Positions 38,201-52,300 of a stretch of 64,000 nt of DNA are shown in pieces (the stretch's first letter is position 1; each line of letters starts with the position of its first letter). The notes under the pieces were generated by a model that ran no database searches, was not told the origin of the DNA, and saw nothing but the letters and a program-made list of their open reading frames with translations. This DNA is from Balanoglossus misakiensis (taxonomy: Eukaryota; Animalia; Hemichordata), in contig CM082581.2 of assembly GCA_040954595.2 (NCBI GenBank), positions 10,167,099 to 10,231,098 of the forward strand. The letters are read 5' to 3'. The position numbers were made by a program, and so were the translations under genes.

Positions 38201-41200
38201 TTGATCTTGACCTCAATGGTAAGTATATAATATGTAAGTGGCTGCATTGCCCTAAAAATACACTGTGGACCCCTACTTTCCACGGAACCACAAATTAGAC
38301 TCCATGGGACCTCTTGACAAGGCCAATATCCCCAGGTCAAATTCCAGGCATCAAACTGCTATATCCCGATGAACATGGAGTCTGGAACATGTATATACAC
38401 ATCACTCTGGAATTTTGTGACGCTGGAGATGACATCGAACAGGAATTACAAGCAAACCTGTCTGTAGTGGCCAGCAGTCAAGGGACTTTCCTAAACTAGC
38501 CTTATCGAAGGGTGGCCTTTATAGACAGGTCAAACAAAATGCACATGCATATAGTCTAATAGTGCACAGAGACTGTGACAAAGAGGCCACTGCAGACAAG
38601 TTTCCAGTACATGTATACAGGTTTGGTCACTAACACAGGTTTGACTGTAAGGTGACTGTTATACACATCACACATTACTTACATGGACTGAAGTGCTGGC
38701 ATAGGATCCAAGGTGTTTTCTGAGATTGATGCAATCTGGTTATTGGACAGATTTCTACAAAACAAAAAAACAAAAGTATTGTTATTTTCTATAAAACATG
38801 GCACATATTTCTGAAGGTATCTATGCTACTGTAGACACACACACATTATTTCTACCGGTATGTAGGTGATGCATGTTTTGAAGTGGTAGCCATTTTATCA
38901 ACCCCACTCAAAACTATTAATGGATTACAAATGACCGAGGATATTTACGATCATCTCACTATAGCAGTGCCTGGCCCCCTTTAGACCTGCCTACGACAGC
39001 ATCATCAATTCCGAAATAGGCAAAGTTCACTAACCTTCACCGACCTTATGCAGGGGACACATACTGTCAAGTAATGTCTTAAAACTGTCACATAACATTA
39101 CTGTTTACCCTGATTTGCAACACTGATGTCTCCCACTTAAATAGAATGAATGTCACCGGCGCGACCATCAATTTGCTTTGCATGAGAAGTGCAAAGAGGT
39201 GGCCTTTCCCCACAGCGAAGTGATCAGTGGAGCTCCCCCCTGAACTTTTGGTGAAAATTGACCAAACAAACATCTTTTATACATGTTGATGCGCCTGGGT
39301 TATGATTCTGACAAAGCAAGTGTATTTCCCTCAAAGAGTTGATGTTAATAAGTTTTATATCTTCCGAGAAATGTTGTGGATTTATGATTTGTTTTTCAGT
39401 TATTACGGAACCACATGCAGACACATGTAGGCTAGAAATTGGCCATAGTATGGTGAAAACAAGAGAATATCACTCAGAATTATCTCTCTGGGGAAGAAAA
39501 ATACATGGACACACTTTCATGCATGCATGCATGCATACATACATACACAGATATACAAAGACACACATGGACACACACATTTTCCCAGCATACAAGAATA
39601 CCTCCCCATACCACATAATGCATCATGGCAAATAGGAGCTAAAAACAGTGATTCAGTGTTCAGCCAACAGACAAGTGATGGCGTACCCAGAGGGCGAGTC
39701 AAAAGCCCCTTCAATCTCATCCATCACCGCGAGAGACGCTGTCACCTCTCCTGGGCCTGGCCGTGTCTCCCTAATTATTTTCCACAAGCAATCTGAACAA
39801 ACAGAACTGTTCAGTGCTCCAAGTTTCTCCCGGCACACTTCATTGCCTATTTGTCATCCGAAAGAGCAAGCAGAAAATTGAAACCAGAGACGTTTATGGT
39901 CATTTATGTCAAAAACTGAAATCATTACTCTTCACAAAGTGCCCTCGTGGTACACCAGTACTTCGGCAAGTTCATCTTTTTTTCTTCAAAATTGCATATT
40001 TCAATTTCTGAAAGTTCATTTTTCTTCTGCTGAAAAATCACATGTCATTGTAACAAACGGCACAAATGTCTGAGACGCATATCAATTGCCATACATTCAT
40101 TTGAATTATTTATTTTCTCTCTGTGTGGCTGAGACACCTCAGCCTACATTCTGTTTGCCAAAATGGATCTTGTATACATCCTTGAAGTGCCCATGGAGGC
40201 TTGATGGATGTGTTGACTGCATGGGGACATTGAACACAAATGAGGACACCAGCCCTCCAACTGTTGCATCCCAGGTCTAAAGCTAAACAAACACCACATT
40301 CTCTACGACTGGTGTAATGCGCCTTGATGGGGCCACAGTTGATGTACTTTAACACCCAGTCGATGCTTTCTCACGTATCACACCGACCTTACTGGTCAAA
40401 AATATCGCTGCAAAAAATAGCCACATCTTCTTTGAGGGTGTGACCTATATGCTTCAAAATGAATGTATGCTTTACTGTCACTGAATTTCATGACCTATGT
40501 ATATAATATTCACTTGCAATGACTGGCAGAGAGGTATGGGTCGAATAGATGATGAGATATCGACCCATATAAACACTTACAGTTTCTGCAAGTTCTGAAG
40601 TCCAGTGAACATACTGCTGTTGATTTTGCCAAGTCGATTACCAGACAGATCTCTGGAAAAAAGAGAGAAAAATATGAAAGTCAACTTTGCCCTGTGTTTC
40701 ATCAAAACATAAATGAATATGGCACACGCTCAATGCATCTAGCCATTTCAATTTTTCCAATCAGGTTACCCAGCCCATTCACTAAGTCTCCTTATCTGTG
40801 ATACAATATTTGGATTCATGTTACTTCCAATGAATATTTCATGATTTGGTTCTCATTGAGCCGGGTTCATATCACTATCGAATGCCTATTTCCAAGCTAT
40901 CAGTGTCGATATAGTCACCTGTAAAAAGGGAGAGTAGCTACTGTCTTTGAATTGCAGAGGCGTCGTATAAATATTTATGAGCTGAAATATCAGAGGTTCG
41001 AGAGAAACAGTATAACTGCCGTAGTCACCTGTAATTTGACTTTTGCTGCCATGCTGAATCGTTATGGTCGAAGGAAATAGCTGCAAGGTGACGCGATACA
41101 TTTTGCGATTTCACAAAGCTGTTTTGTGTTTGCGCAAAAAGTGCTACTTTCGCCGTAAAATTCACAGAAAATGGGCATACTTCCTCTGAAATGTTTTCAT

Positions 41201-43365
41201 TCTAGATTAAAATCCCTCTGATAATCTATAGTGACAATTAAATCACATACATCATGTACAATGTAGTACTGAGTTACGGCAGATCACATGGAAACCCACT
41301 CGGATCTCCACATCAAAGGATGACGCCAAAGTGAATATGGGTGAAAGTACACCCAGAATTTCCATCTGGCCACATGGAACCACTTCTAAATTTTGCACAC
41401 TGGAAACATCAGATGCGTGAGCATTTGTATTTCACGGGGACTAGAATATGGAACGCAGGGTGCGTGGTTAAATGCTGTGAGACACTAGATGCAGAACAGG
41501 TGTACTGTTTTACAGCGCAGTCTCATGAGAAAAGCTGACAGTTCAATGTCTAAATACAACAGACTGTTTTGACTCGTCTCAAATGATGTCTGCTGCGTGA
41601 TATACACTCATGCATTACTTTGCTGGGCATTATGGGCAGTGAATCTCTGCTGTGGGGAGAAAGGATTGGATTTAGACTGATCAGTTTGAAAAAATCAGCT
41701 TTATCCAATCATATTTTATATCAGGGATTACATGCCTTCATAAAATATTCAATGCCATTACCTAATATATATATATATGTACATATGCGAATATACTATG
41801 TGGTGCGTGACAATTCATGTGATTATAGTCCCTGCATAAATCCCTTGCTTTTTTAACTGCATTACAATTACATGTAATGATCACAATGGCTATTGTTTTC
41901 ACTGCAAATGATTGTTTTTAATCCAATCATTAGATAAATCCCTCACAACCATTGAACCACAGAGGAAGCTATTTTAGAGCATGTCTGATGTCATCTGGCA
42001 CAATACATTCAGGGGTCTGGATTCTTTTTGTCTGTCAGCTGTCTGTCTGTCCGTCTATCCAAAGACGGCTGTCTGTTCTGTCATGTTTTTTCAGAGAAGC
42101 AGGTCTGATTGCACAGCACGCTCACACTCACTGCGTTTCTGCACAACAAACATAAATTCTCATCTCTAAACAAAACTCTTCTGCATGCTGACAAATCCAT
42201 CTGTCTATAGATGTTTCTCAACTGCGAACTGCCAATCAAAATCATATTACAAATTACACAACAGTGGAAAATGGTTTTCCATCATTTTTCTTTAAATAAC
42301 CATCTTATAAAATTGTACACAGACCTGTCTGCAATGAGACACGATAAAAACCATAATACAGTTTCACCTCTCGCTCTTTCTCTGACATTTCAATATTTCC
42401 CCAATTTACGTCCTTTGTCTGCAGGATTACATAAACTGCTTACTCCAAATGAATTCAATAAAATCCTCTTCAGCCAAGAATTCTTTCCTGCTGGCCCACC
42501 ACAATGCGTATGCTAATTCTGCTATTTGTGAGGGCTTCCAAACTGGCACTGGGCAAATAAAAGGTATTGCAGCTTGACAAATGTTTATTTGAGTGATGAA
42601 ATATTGAGTGACAATTAATAAAACACACAGTGTTAGCCGAGTATGGTTTGCACTTTTCGAGAGCTATTAATCAACGTTAGCAGCATGACTAGTTTTTGTC
42701 CCAGACCAGTTTATTCTTGGAAAAGTATTATTTTCTACACGAATAGATAAATTTACATTTTTTAAATTTAGCTGTTTGATTATCTACTCAGTTATCAAAC
42801 ATAAGCTCATCACTCACATGCAAGATAACTATTCTTTAGGCAGGATTCATTTTTGGCACTTTTGACATTGAAAACAATATTTTAAAGCAAGCTTATGACT
42901 CTGGACAAGTGTGAACAGTGTCTATAAAAAAAAAACACCTCTTCCTTCTCCCTCCGAACCATAACAAAAACCTTGAGTGGAACGCCAACTCTACTGTATA
43001 CACTTAATATAATCAACGTTTAATATAAATACATTTGTGGTCTCTCTCTCTAGGGACAAACAGCCATTTCCATGACAATACCACTCAATTATTAAGCTGG
43101 TTGACTTTTGTGATTTGACTGACAGGTAACATTAATATGACTGGTTTTTATTTGACTTTGGTTGAGTAAAATCACACAATCCAAGGCTTATTCAGAGCAC
43201 CAATGCTATTCACATGGTAATCAGTGTGTGTGTTGAACAATCCAACATCTGTATTTGTTCAAAAAAAGTCTAATTGTTTTTCGCTATACTCACAGTTTCT
43301 GCAAATTCTGTAAGCCTTCAAACGCTCCAGGTTCAATTATGCTGATTCGGTTATTTCCCAGATAC
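26271..43365 (-). CDS. ADGRA3: Adhesion GPCR of subfamily A (ADGRA3/GPR125-like), 5'-partial; 16 exons, about 1296 aa visible
   Basis: Exons: 43365-43294, 40652-40581, 38754-38683 (72-nt LRR exons); 38025-37862 (LRRCT); 37440-37072 (Ig); 36153-35948 (HRM); 35101-34958, 30737-30643, 30427-30187, 29897-29693, 29553-29449 (GAIN); 29216-29113 (GPS); 28765-28626, 28470-28181, 28025-27959, 27816-26271 (7TM + tail). All in phase. Contains PPPPRPMLRFY and ends in the PDZ ligand ETSV. The signal peptide/LRRNT exon(s) were not found in the window. Confidence 0.93.
38021..38140. repeat. About 57-bp imperfect tandem duplication spanning the LRRCT-exon splice acceptor
   Basis: The unit atctct(g/t)aaatgaa...gaacattatttca(c/t)cattatttcatga...g occurs twice, plus the start of a third copy. 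Confidence 0.75.
38449..38647. mobile_element. Tc1/pogo(Tigger)-type MITE, about 199 bp
   Basis: Flanked by TA (38447-38448, 38648-38649). Imperfect TIRs CAAGCAAACCTGT / ACAGGTTTGACTG. Internal subterminal repeats (tgtctgtagtggcc / ggccactgcagaca; atagacaggtc; atacaggtttg). Confidence 0.65.
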
Positions 43366-46300
43366 CTGAAAAAATTCAACAACACAAAAAAGTATGTCAC
43401 GTTACGTTCTTAAGATTTCATAACATAGATAACACAGTGACTGGACCATACATACACACCTGCTGAAATCATGGAAGAAAAAAGGTAAAAAAAAAAGACA
43501 AGAATGTCAGAAACGAGGCAAGGCTTTAATATACACCTAATTACATGTAAATGCACAGGTTACAAACAGAGTAGTTGTACATAATTGCACCTAAATGATC
43601 TCAAACTGACATATGCAAACAAAAAAACATCATACATCATTTATAAATTAGTCGCTTTTGCATTAGCAAGAATGCAATAAATCTTGCCTTCAAATACCAA
43701 CTGCACAACTCTACAATGTTAATTCTGGAAATTAATGATGATGTGCAGGGAAACTAATTGAGTCTTCATTAAAGGTAAAATTACAGGAGAGATAATAAAT
43801 CAGTCGTGTTGGGAATAGGTAACATATTTTTAATCGCAATTTCACAATTTTTATAGAGTAGGTTTCTAGGGAATACTTGACTGTCCCCGGAAAAATTTAA
43901 CGGAAGATTTATAAGATGCTGTAGAACCATGTGAGAGAAAAGATAAAAATCCTATAAAACCATTGGTGGGGATATGAAAAATGTCTTCCCGAAACAATGA
44001 TAAAGATTTACAACTTTTTCCGGATTGACGACTTGTATGTATTAGTATATCCCTGTGAAGTGATGTTTTCTTTTATTGAGAGTGAAGCTACGTGTTATGG
44101 AGACATTTGTCAACATTTATGACAGCATAAACAGCTGCATGTGACAAAATTATGCTCATTACAGATGACTTGGATGAAAGATTACTGCAGTTACCACTTT
44201 TGAACAGTCTTCAAGATTTTTTTTTGTTCATGGTAAAACGCAATATAGGGAGAATACTGGCTATAAGTATTAGTGTTCCCTCAAGTCACGAGTTGAAGTG
44301 ACATAAACCAGTACATGCTTATAGCCAAAATCCATACTTCATACTGCATTGAACAATATCTTTCATATTTCTGCCGTTTGACGCAAATCTAAACACCCAG
44401 CTTTACTCCAATCATCTTTGCAACCAAACATCACCAGTAACATTTGGTATTTTGAAAACTCATGTTTATATCTAATTTCCACTCTCTGATTACGCTAACC
44501 CGTTTTCGAAGCTGCTTCATCTCCCTGTAAGACCTCAAAGGGAAACTCTAAAAAAACAGTCGGAAATTCCTCCTCCATCTTTACAACCAGTTCTGAATGC
44601 CTCGTGGAACACGGGACTTGAGCTGTGATCGGACCTTTTCAACTGTCAATTTTCTTTCTACACTCCTGGTCAGTTCCTGCTTGCTTGTTCTCTACAAAAA
44701 GGACCCCCTGAACGGCGCGTACGACGCCTGACTCAGAATTTGCCCCCAAAAACCACACTTCCTGCGTCACTCCAACGTTAATTTCCTCCCCGCTCTGCCG
44801 TGAAGTCTCGAATGTGTCAGGGCTGACATTTGAAAGAAAGATGAAGTCAATTGGAATTTGTCTGGCTCTTTCAGACTAACCAGTGGCTGCCTGTTTTTCT
44901 AAATTGAGTTCTTTGAAGCTTTGAATTCACATCAGAATACTGACTTTTCCCCCAATAATGTCACCTGTTATTCTGTCTCTAGTTTGTATTCATCGCGTGA
45001 GGACTGAAATAACTGTTTTTTGACCTTTCTAGCTCAGCACTTCGAAGCACTCGAAAAGATTTAGTGCTTTGCACGCAAACATGTTTTAAAAATATATCTG
45101 ATATTAATGATTATTTTTCCTTGATTGGCTGTAACTCATTTTCTCAAATATCACAATTAATTTCATGTACATAATAAATTTTCAAACCCATCCCATTTTT
45201 GACAAGGTTTGCTCAGGAAACAAATTCAGCATATGCTAACTGGAGGTGTCTGCCATTTTGTTTTCACAGAACCGCACGATTTTTGCTTCTCCCCTCTCCT
45301 CTCCTCACATTACAAATTGCTTTTTATCTGAAAGCAAGCACACGAGGCACGAGTGTTTGGACTGCATTCTAATATGTTATTATCTGACTCTTATGAACCT
45401 CAACACCTGCTGTAGCCCCCAGGGTCATATTATCCAAATTACGAGGCAATTCTCGTTCTAATACCTTGTACTTTCCAGATCTGTCTCGCATTATTTCAAC
45501 CGATAGCTCGCGCATTGAGAATTTAACGGCAGTCCCCGACGACGCGACACGACTACATCGCCATGTTTTCCTGATCACATGGGTGTGGTAACCCTTTCTT
45601 TTGTCGTTTTTTTGTTCTTTCTACATCAATGCCATCAATTACTGTTACAACTGAACACAATGAGGGGATCCCGACAATTCAATGAGTCTGCCCCCCTGCC
45701 TGTGTTTCAACATCCTCATTTAGCATCTTTCAATGGAAGGCGAGCCCTGTATTTCTTGTGGAAATTATGGCTGTGATGTGTGGCGTTAAATTTGCCATGA
45801 CTACAGGGGAGCGAGCCGTCGACTCCTCCTTGACAAAGCTTGACTGCAGATTCCTCTGCACAAAGTTGGTGTAGTATATGCTGGCTGAACACTGAGAAAA
45901 TATACACATATCTTTTGGCATTGTCCCAACATGAAGATGCGGGAAACAGATGCATCGATGCCACAGTGTGACCCTCCATGGATTTGAGGTTGTGAAAAGC
46001 CCACGCACATCTTCAACAGACAATATTAGAGAACTTCTATTTAAGTCTCCTACAAATACCACAAATATTAAATTCTGCAGCTTACATAAAATGTCACTTA
46101 AGACGACATTTCCCCCAAAGAAGTCACGCTTACGAAGTCAACAAATCCCTCCCTTCCATCTCCAAACCACTTTAAAACGGAGTATCATGTGCAATCGGAA
46201 AAATCCTGATTGATGAGACTCCAAGTCTGTACATCACGGATTATTGACCGGCTCATCAATCAGCCGGGGCTTTTGTGTTTACAACTCTAATCTTTGACAA

Positions 46301-49300
46301 ATAGAATCAAGCAATTTGAGCGAAATTAAAGGCAAACCTCAATTTAATCCCGCCGAAAATTAAATCAGATGGGAAATGGGTTATTAAGTATTCTCGGTTT
46401 TTGTGTCTGCTGAAACTTCTCCGTGATCCGTCACTGTCAGCCGACGCTCGAAAGGCACGACACTCGCTGTCTGCAAAGCCGCCTTGTAATAACGACTGAG
46501 CCCTAGTAACACGCGATGGCTCCAGCCGTTGCCAGGCAACAGGTAACAGACAATGTCAACAGCGACTGACTTTCTCAGCTGTCTGGGATTTTTTTGTCAA
46601 TCTATGGTAACACTGAAATTTACTCACTTGCCATCTTTTGATAAAAAATGTGATATTGCATGATTTATCCTAATTATACATTTTGTGACATCATTTGTTT
46701 GTGCATAAAAATGTGACAGATTACATAAAGCACCTGGATAATAAATATTGTATTTGTGACACCATATGTTTACGCAAAAACAACAACAATGATATGTCAC
46801 GTACACCTACATATGTAAATGGCTTAGATGAGTGTATGAAATAATCACATGCTTGAATCAACTCAAGTATATTCTACAGCATTTTCCAGCATTCACGTGT
46901 ATCAGAAGAGCACATCATTTTAGAAATAGCTCCGCACATCATTCACCCATTACGCTGGGATTAAAACAGCTAAATTCTGACATACTTGATCTGTTTGAGA
47001 GCTACAGTGGTGTCAGCTTTCCAGATGTGCCGGTTGAATGACAGGTCAAAAGTGGTCGAAAAGATATCCACAGGAAACTAGGTTTTCAGCCATGCAGGCG
47101 GGCATTATTGCTTCACCAACAGATGGGAGTTTTTTTATCACAACCAGGCGTGGAAGAGTGACAGGTTTCAAATTGGACATTCTCAAACTCCACAGCCGAA
47201 CAGCTCATGCATGCATGCATGCATGCCTCGACGAGATAAGGTTGATTATATCTGCATGTCATTTGCTGTTCATTTGCATGGATTTACGTGCAAATTAGCT
47301 TTTATTTATGCAGATTAAGTTAAATTTAACGGCTGGAGGGGCAGAAGAGAAAAGTGGCCGGCAAATCACCTTTTGACGACACCTGCCCGGGGGAAGGAAC
47401 GGTGCTGTGCCGATGACATCAACAGGAATTTTCTAGTGATCAAACTGTCAGCGGGAAATGTGAAAGTACAACCAAACTACAGCATGAAGCTCACTGCAGA
47501 GAGAATGTTTTTTTGAGTAAATGCATGTCCTGATTTCAGATAATGTGCACCAAGGTGTTTTATCTCAAATGATGTGTGATTTTGATATGCAGTAATGACT
47601 ACTATCCACCATGGCAATTTGTATGATACAGTGAAACCCCACCTGATTTACCATAAAACAAATCAATTTGCTGTTTGGGGCCTCTTGTTTCATTTTGGTT
47701 GTAGAACTGACCCACTGCGGGTGCCTTATCATTTCCTATGAGGATTACACATCACTGCATTCGTCATAATTGCTATGAACCTGTCAATCTAGCGGGGCAG
47801 TCACACATGAACAACAGTAAACTCTGTGACATAAAACTGGTTAGTCTACCCAGTATTCAAACTATTATACGGTATTATGCTGTGTTTTTCCCAGTTTTCC
47901 GATCGCTTGGTGATTTTATAACTTCTGTTGGTAAAAGATTCACAAGTTGGCCTACATATACACGTCCCATATATCAAATGAAACACAGGGCTTCGAAATG
48001 ACAAAAACACTGTAAATTACATTTCCCTATGTTCACGTTACTCAAATAATTCTTCAACTTTTTTCCAGTAATTTATGAGTGTTTCAAGCACCAGTGAAAA
48101 GGTGGAACAAGTGGGGAGAAATTTATCACAAAGATTAATAGCTAATTTTATGGGGTTTTTAACCTGTAAGTGAAGACATAAAATGTCAGCCAGTCAAACA
48201 ACAAATTATCTTTGAAATGATTGATCATGAGAAAACACTGCGGTATGTCCCTGATTCTCTTACTGTGTACACGGTATTCATTTCAAATGCCATGATTCCT
48301 ATGGTTATATTAAAAAGTTGCCAGTCTTTAAAACTATTCTGGAAAATTTTGATGACAAATGGATTAACTTAAAATATTTTCCATAAAACCTGTCGAATTT
48401 TGACAATTGACTCCCATATACCAGTAGCCTGGAAGGGGTAAGGGAAATCACCTTGCTGTCTATTTTAGCTAACTCAGTAATGGTCTATCTTTACTACTGG
48501 TGGGTATCCATTTGTGTGTGTGTATGTGTGTGTATTTGGGTGCATGCATGCATGTTTGTGCATGTGCATATGTGTGCTTAAGAAAGAGGGAGACTTAGAC
48601 ACAGAGAAATGACTGTTTTGTGAAAGCAATAGTCTCTCCATCTCCACATGACAGATAGTGATTCACAGCTTTTGCAATCCGCAATGAAAAGTTCAACGTA
48701 TGGCTCTGCCATCCTCCTTGAGGTGAGTGACCCTCGCCCATACTCAAGAAAATGGGACTGCATCTCACTCGCCATGATTCGTAAAATGCTTGACAATAAT
48801 GCTAAATTTAGGGTCAGACAGGGTCATCTTTTATGACTAGCCGCGCAGCAAATCGTGGTTCTTTAACCTTACCAACGGGCGTCTTCTACAAGGCATGTTT
48901 CTAATACATTTTGACAGGTACAAATGTCATCATGAATCGATATGTCCAATCTCAAGGTGTCCGTTCTTTTTAAACCAAATTTGACTGAAATCTCATCCCT
49001 TTTTTGACAGGATTTATCAGTTCCAATGACTTCTTGACACATCTTTAGATTGAAAAAAAAAGATGCAGGTAAATGGTTTAATGAATTTGTGACAGCGTCA
49101 AATTAATGATATCTGCGATATTGTGAAAACTGACAAGTGGGTCTCAATTTCATGTAAATTGAATTCCATGGAATTACCTCAAATTGTGCAGGTGCTGTAG
49201 CACTACTAGTTACATTTCTTTAACGATTAAATGAAGAATAAGAGATTTTTAGGGCAATAACACAAGGTTACTGCTCATACATCAGAATCTTCTAATTGAT

Positions 49301-52300
49301 GGGATAAGCTTAAAACCTCTGACAAAACAGCACCATGTTATATGCTCTGCACCTTCAAAGAAGTCTTATTTGAAGCTGTGATCAACTGGAATGCAAAGCA
49401 GGCCTAAAGGCCATCATTTAACAGTAACTTTTATTGGCCATTAGACATTGATTTTGTGACTAGACTCTTGACTTTTGCCGTTAACTAGATAAAGGCTCGG
49501 TGCGGGGTTCGGACAGGATGTTAAGCAGGTAGGGCTTAATAGGAAATCCATGTAACTAGCAGTGTCATGCAAGTCAATTGGTGCTGATAAAAAAGTCCAT
49601 TTTGAATTCAGCATGTCCGCGAGATGCTAATTTTGCAAAGTAGTCACTCGCATGAATTGCGAGTGAGAACTTTCTGGATTTTTCCATTCTTGCTTATTGC
49701 GAGGTAGATGTAATTCTGTAGATGGTACATACTTCATTTTTCACACATACTGCCTACAGGGAAAGTATTCCTTTCTCTAACAAAGAAGGAAATCCAGAAT
49801 CTTTTAATTTCTCAGTTAGAGTAACAAAAAGTCACAAATCTCCCTAATTTCTCTAAAGATGCATAGGTTCATTCAGAAATGTTTAAAAAGAACACATGCA
49901 AAAGATTCACACCTAAACCTTATGATTGTCTTCCAGGTAAAATGGCTGCCCAATGGTGAACTCTCCTCACCACTGAACGCTATCCATTTCAATAAAGACT
50001 CCACGATTCTCTTTAATTGACAGTATAGACACCGGAGTGGCATTAGTGCCGCATCTAAATATATCCGACTTCGGAGCTGATGTCAAATTTATGGGAATGG
50101 CACAAAAATAAGGATAATTAATCGCCATGTGCTGACAAGATTTGTGCACTGGGTAAAAATAAGCACAGTCTCCTGTCCCATAAAAATTATGCATACAGAG
50201 ATAAGGTATTTTAATTTACTGTAAGTATGCTGATAAAACCGTGTCTGTATCCTTGGGTGCGTCGGACACTCATCCATCATTGTGCCCGGAACTTCCCAGG
50301 ATGGCATCAACTGATGGCGCAATCCGTCTAATCCGACCAAAATTAATAAATCTTGCTTCAATCACAAGAAATGTCGTTCCCAAGTTGCTTGACCAAGGTT
50401 TCACTGCATGTCTAATACAGTGATAGTGTCTAGAATATCCAGACTTGCACACAAGCAATTAGACGGTTTATATTTGAGAACATCTACCTTGTATAGAGCC
50501 ACTCCCTTTGTTACAAACTTATTTCTTTTACATTTTTAATCCCTTTCATTCTATTCTACTATTTTATTTTTCATTTTCAGAGGCACAGGTTATAAATATT
50601 ACACCCTTCCAAATACTCTAGATTTATCAAACGTTCTTCAGTGCCCTCAAGAATTTAACCTACCATACTTTTGGAAGAACTATGGACACAAAAAATCCAT
50701 TAAAATTCTATAATGCATAACCATGACTATGGCTCTACAACTGCATAGAGATCCACTTTCATTTACTTCTTCACTTCAGGTTCAACAATTGGTGTGGCAA
50801 TCATACATAAAATATACTTCCATCACCAAATGGATACGAGTTGAATTCTCATTGATACTAGATATTTTGAAGTTCTCTTCTATTCTTTGTCTGTCCACAG
50901 AACGTACAGGAAACAGTTTCAGAAAAGAGGAAGCCAAACAGAATAAAGAAGGTGTTTCTTTGTTTATAATACGTACACTGCTGAAAAAAGGGATAAGGGT
51001 GTCGGGCAGGCAATATTGGAATATTTAATGATTCACGATGGATAATATGAACAAAATATTTTCAGAGTACACTCCGATGGGAAATGGGAATGAAAAGGAA
51101 GCGCCATAAGTGTTCATATCCTGCTTACTGCAAAAGATGAAAGCACTAGAGCCAATGATACCTGCCCCAGGAATTCTCCCAGCATGCACTTGGTGAACTA
51201 TCTTTCTTTCCCCATTTGTCGGTTTCTGACATCTATCATGAAAGAAAAGACGACGAAAAACTGACCTCTGCAATGTTTGAGCCGCGGTGATATATGAAAC
51301 ATCCTGTAAATCACCAATAGCTGTACCGGGGTATTGCCCCCTGTACCAATTACAGCTGTTTGAGTGTGTGGGCTTTTTTTGTTCCAAGCACAACTGGGTC
51401 AAGGCTTATGCAATGAACTGGCAGTAATTTGATTACATGCTGCAATACAGAGCAAGAGGGCTTAGGTTTTGTCTCATTCACACTGCCCGATAAACAATTG
51501 GTCCACTAACAGGGAGCGAGAAACAATACTGTTCCGTTTGAGTGAAATCTAGTGTCCTTCAAGCCCACCTAATACAAGACACTAGAGCAGTTATGGAGGA
51601 TTACCCATTGTTATTCACACGTTTTCTGCTTTGTTACACCAAAATAGCTTCATGCCGGCTTCATCCGTAAATACCTTGAACTTCTAACAAACCCAATGAT
51701 AGCCAGGATTATGTATGCCAGTTGAACAATTTAAAAACATACTCAGTCTCTTTCCAGCATTAGGCAGTACCTTGATTAATTTGGGAATTTAGGGTAAAAA
51801 TGAGCTATTTGTGTAAGTCTTGTAGTCTCTCTGCTTTCAATCAATTTTTCTTTTGATAAAAATTTTATTTTCAAAAATGTAGTTGACTAGACGAAACTTG
51901 CTGACTTATATCACCACATTATTGCAGATTCTAAAAAACCCTCAATATGTTTATGCGCTTGGATTTCAACTCGCAATGACCCCGCTCTGACAAAGTCATT
52001 TTGTGAAAATCTGCTGCGGATGGCGACATCCAATGGTGATATTTGTACCATGCTGTACTTGCTCTTGCTAACTTCCGGGTCAGTAGTTTTCCACAAATAA
52101 GCCAAGAAGTAATGCCACTCTGCGTTCTGACAGCCACTCTGGTTCCTTTGTTCAAAGCTCCGCGTCTTTTCAAAAGTGAGCTCTTCAATTTACTGAGAGG
52201 ATTGCCGTTTGTACGCAATAAATGTTTTTTTACTGATCCTTCTTCTCTGTATCCTGCAGTTTGTCTGGTAAAACAGACGGTATGAATGACGATGTGTACT

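Noticed and set aside
45480-45590. IENLTAVPDDATRL on the plus strand, resembling an LRRNT segment
   Set aside because: Wrong strand for ADGRA, lacks the cysteines, and the frame closes quickly.
52150-52218. LRR-like phrase NGNPLSKLKSSLL on the minus strand, a candidate for the missing ADGRA LRR exon
   Set aside because: No flanking AG/GT pair giving a 72-nt phase-2 exon, and a poor LRR consensus.
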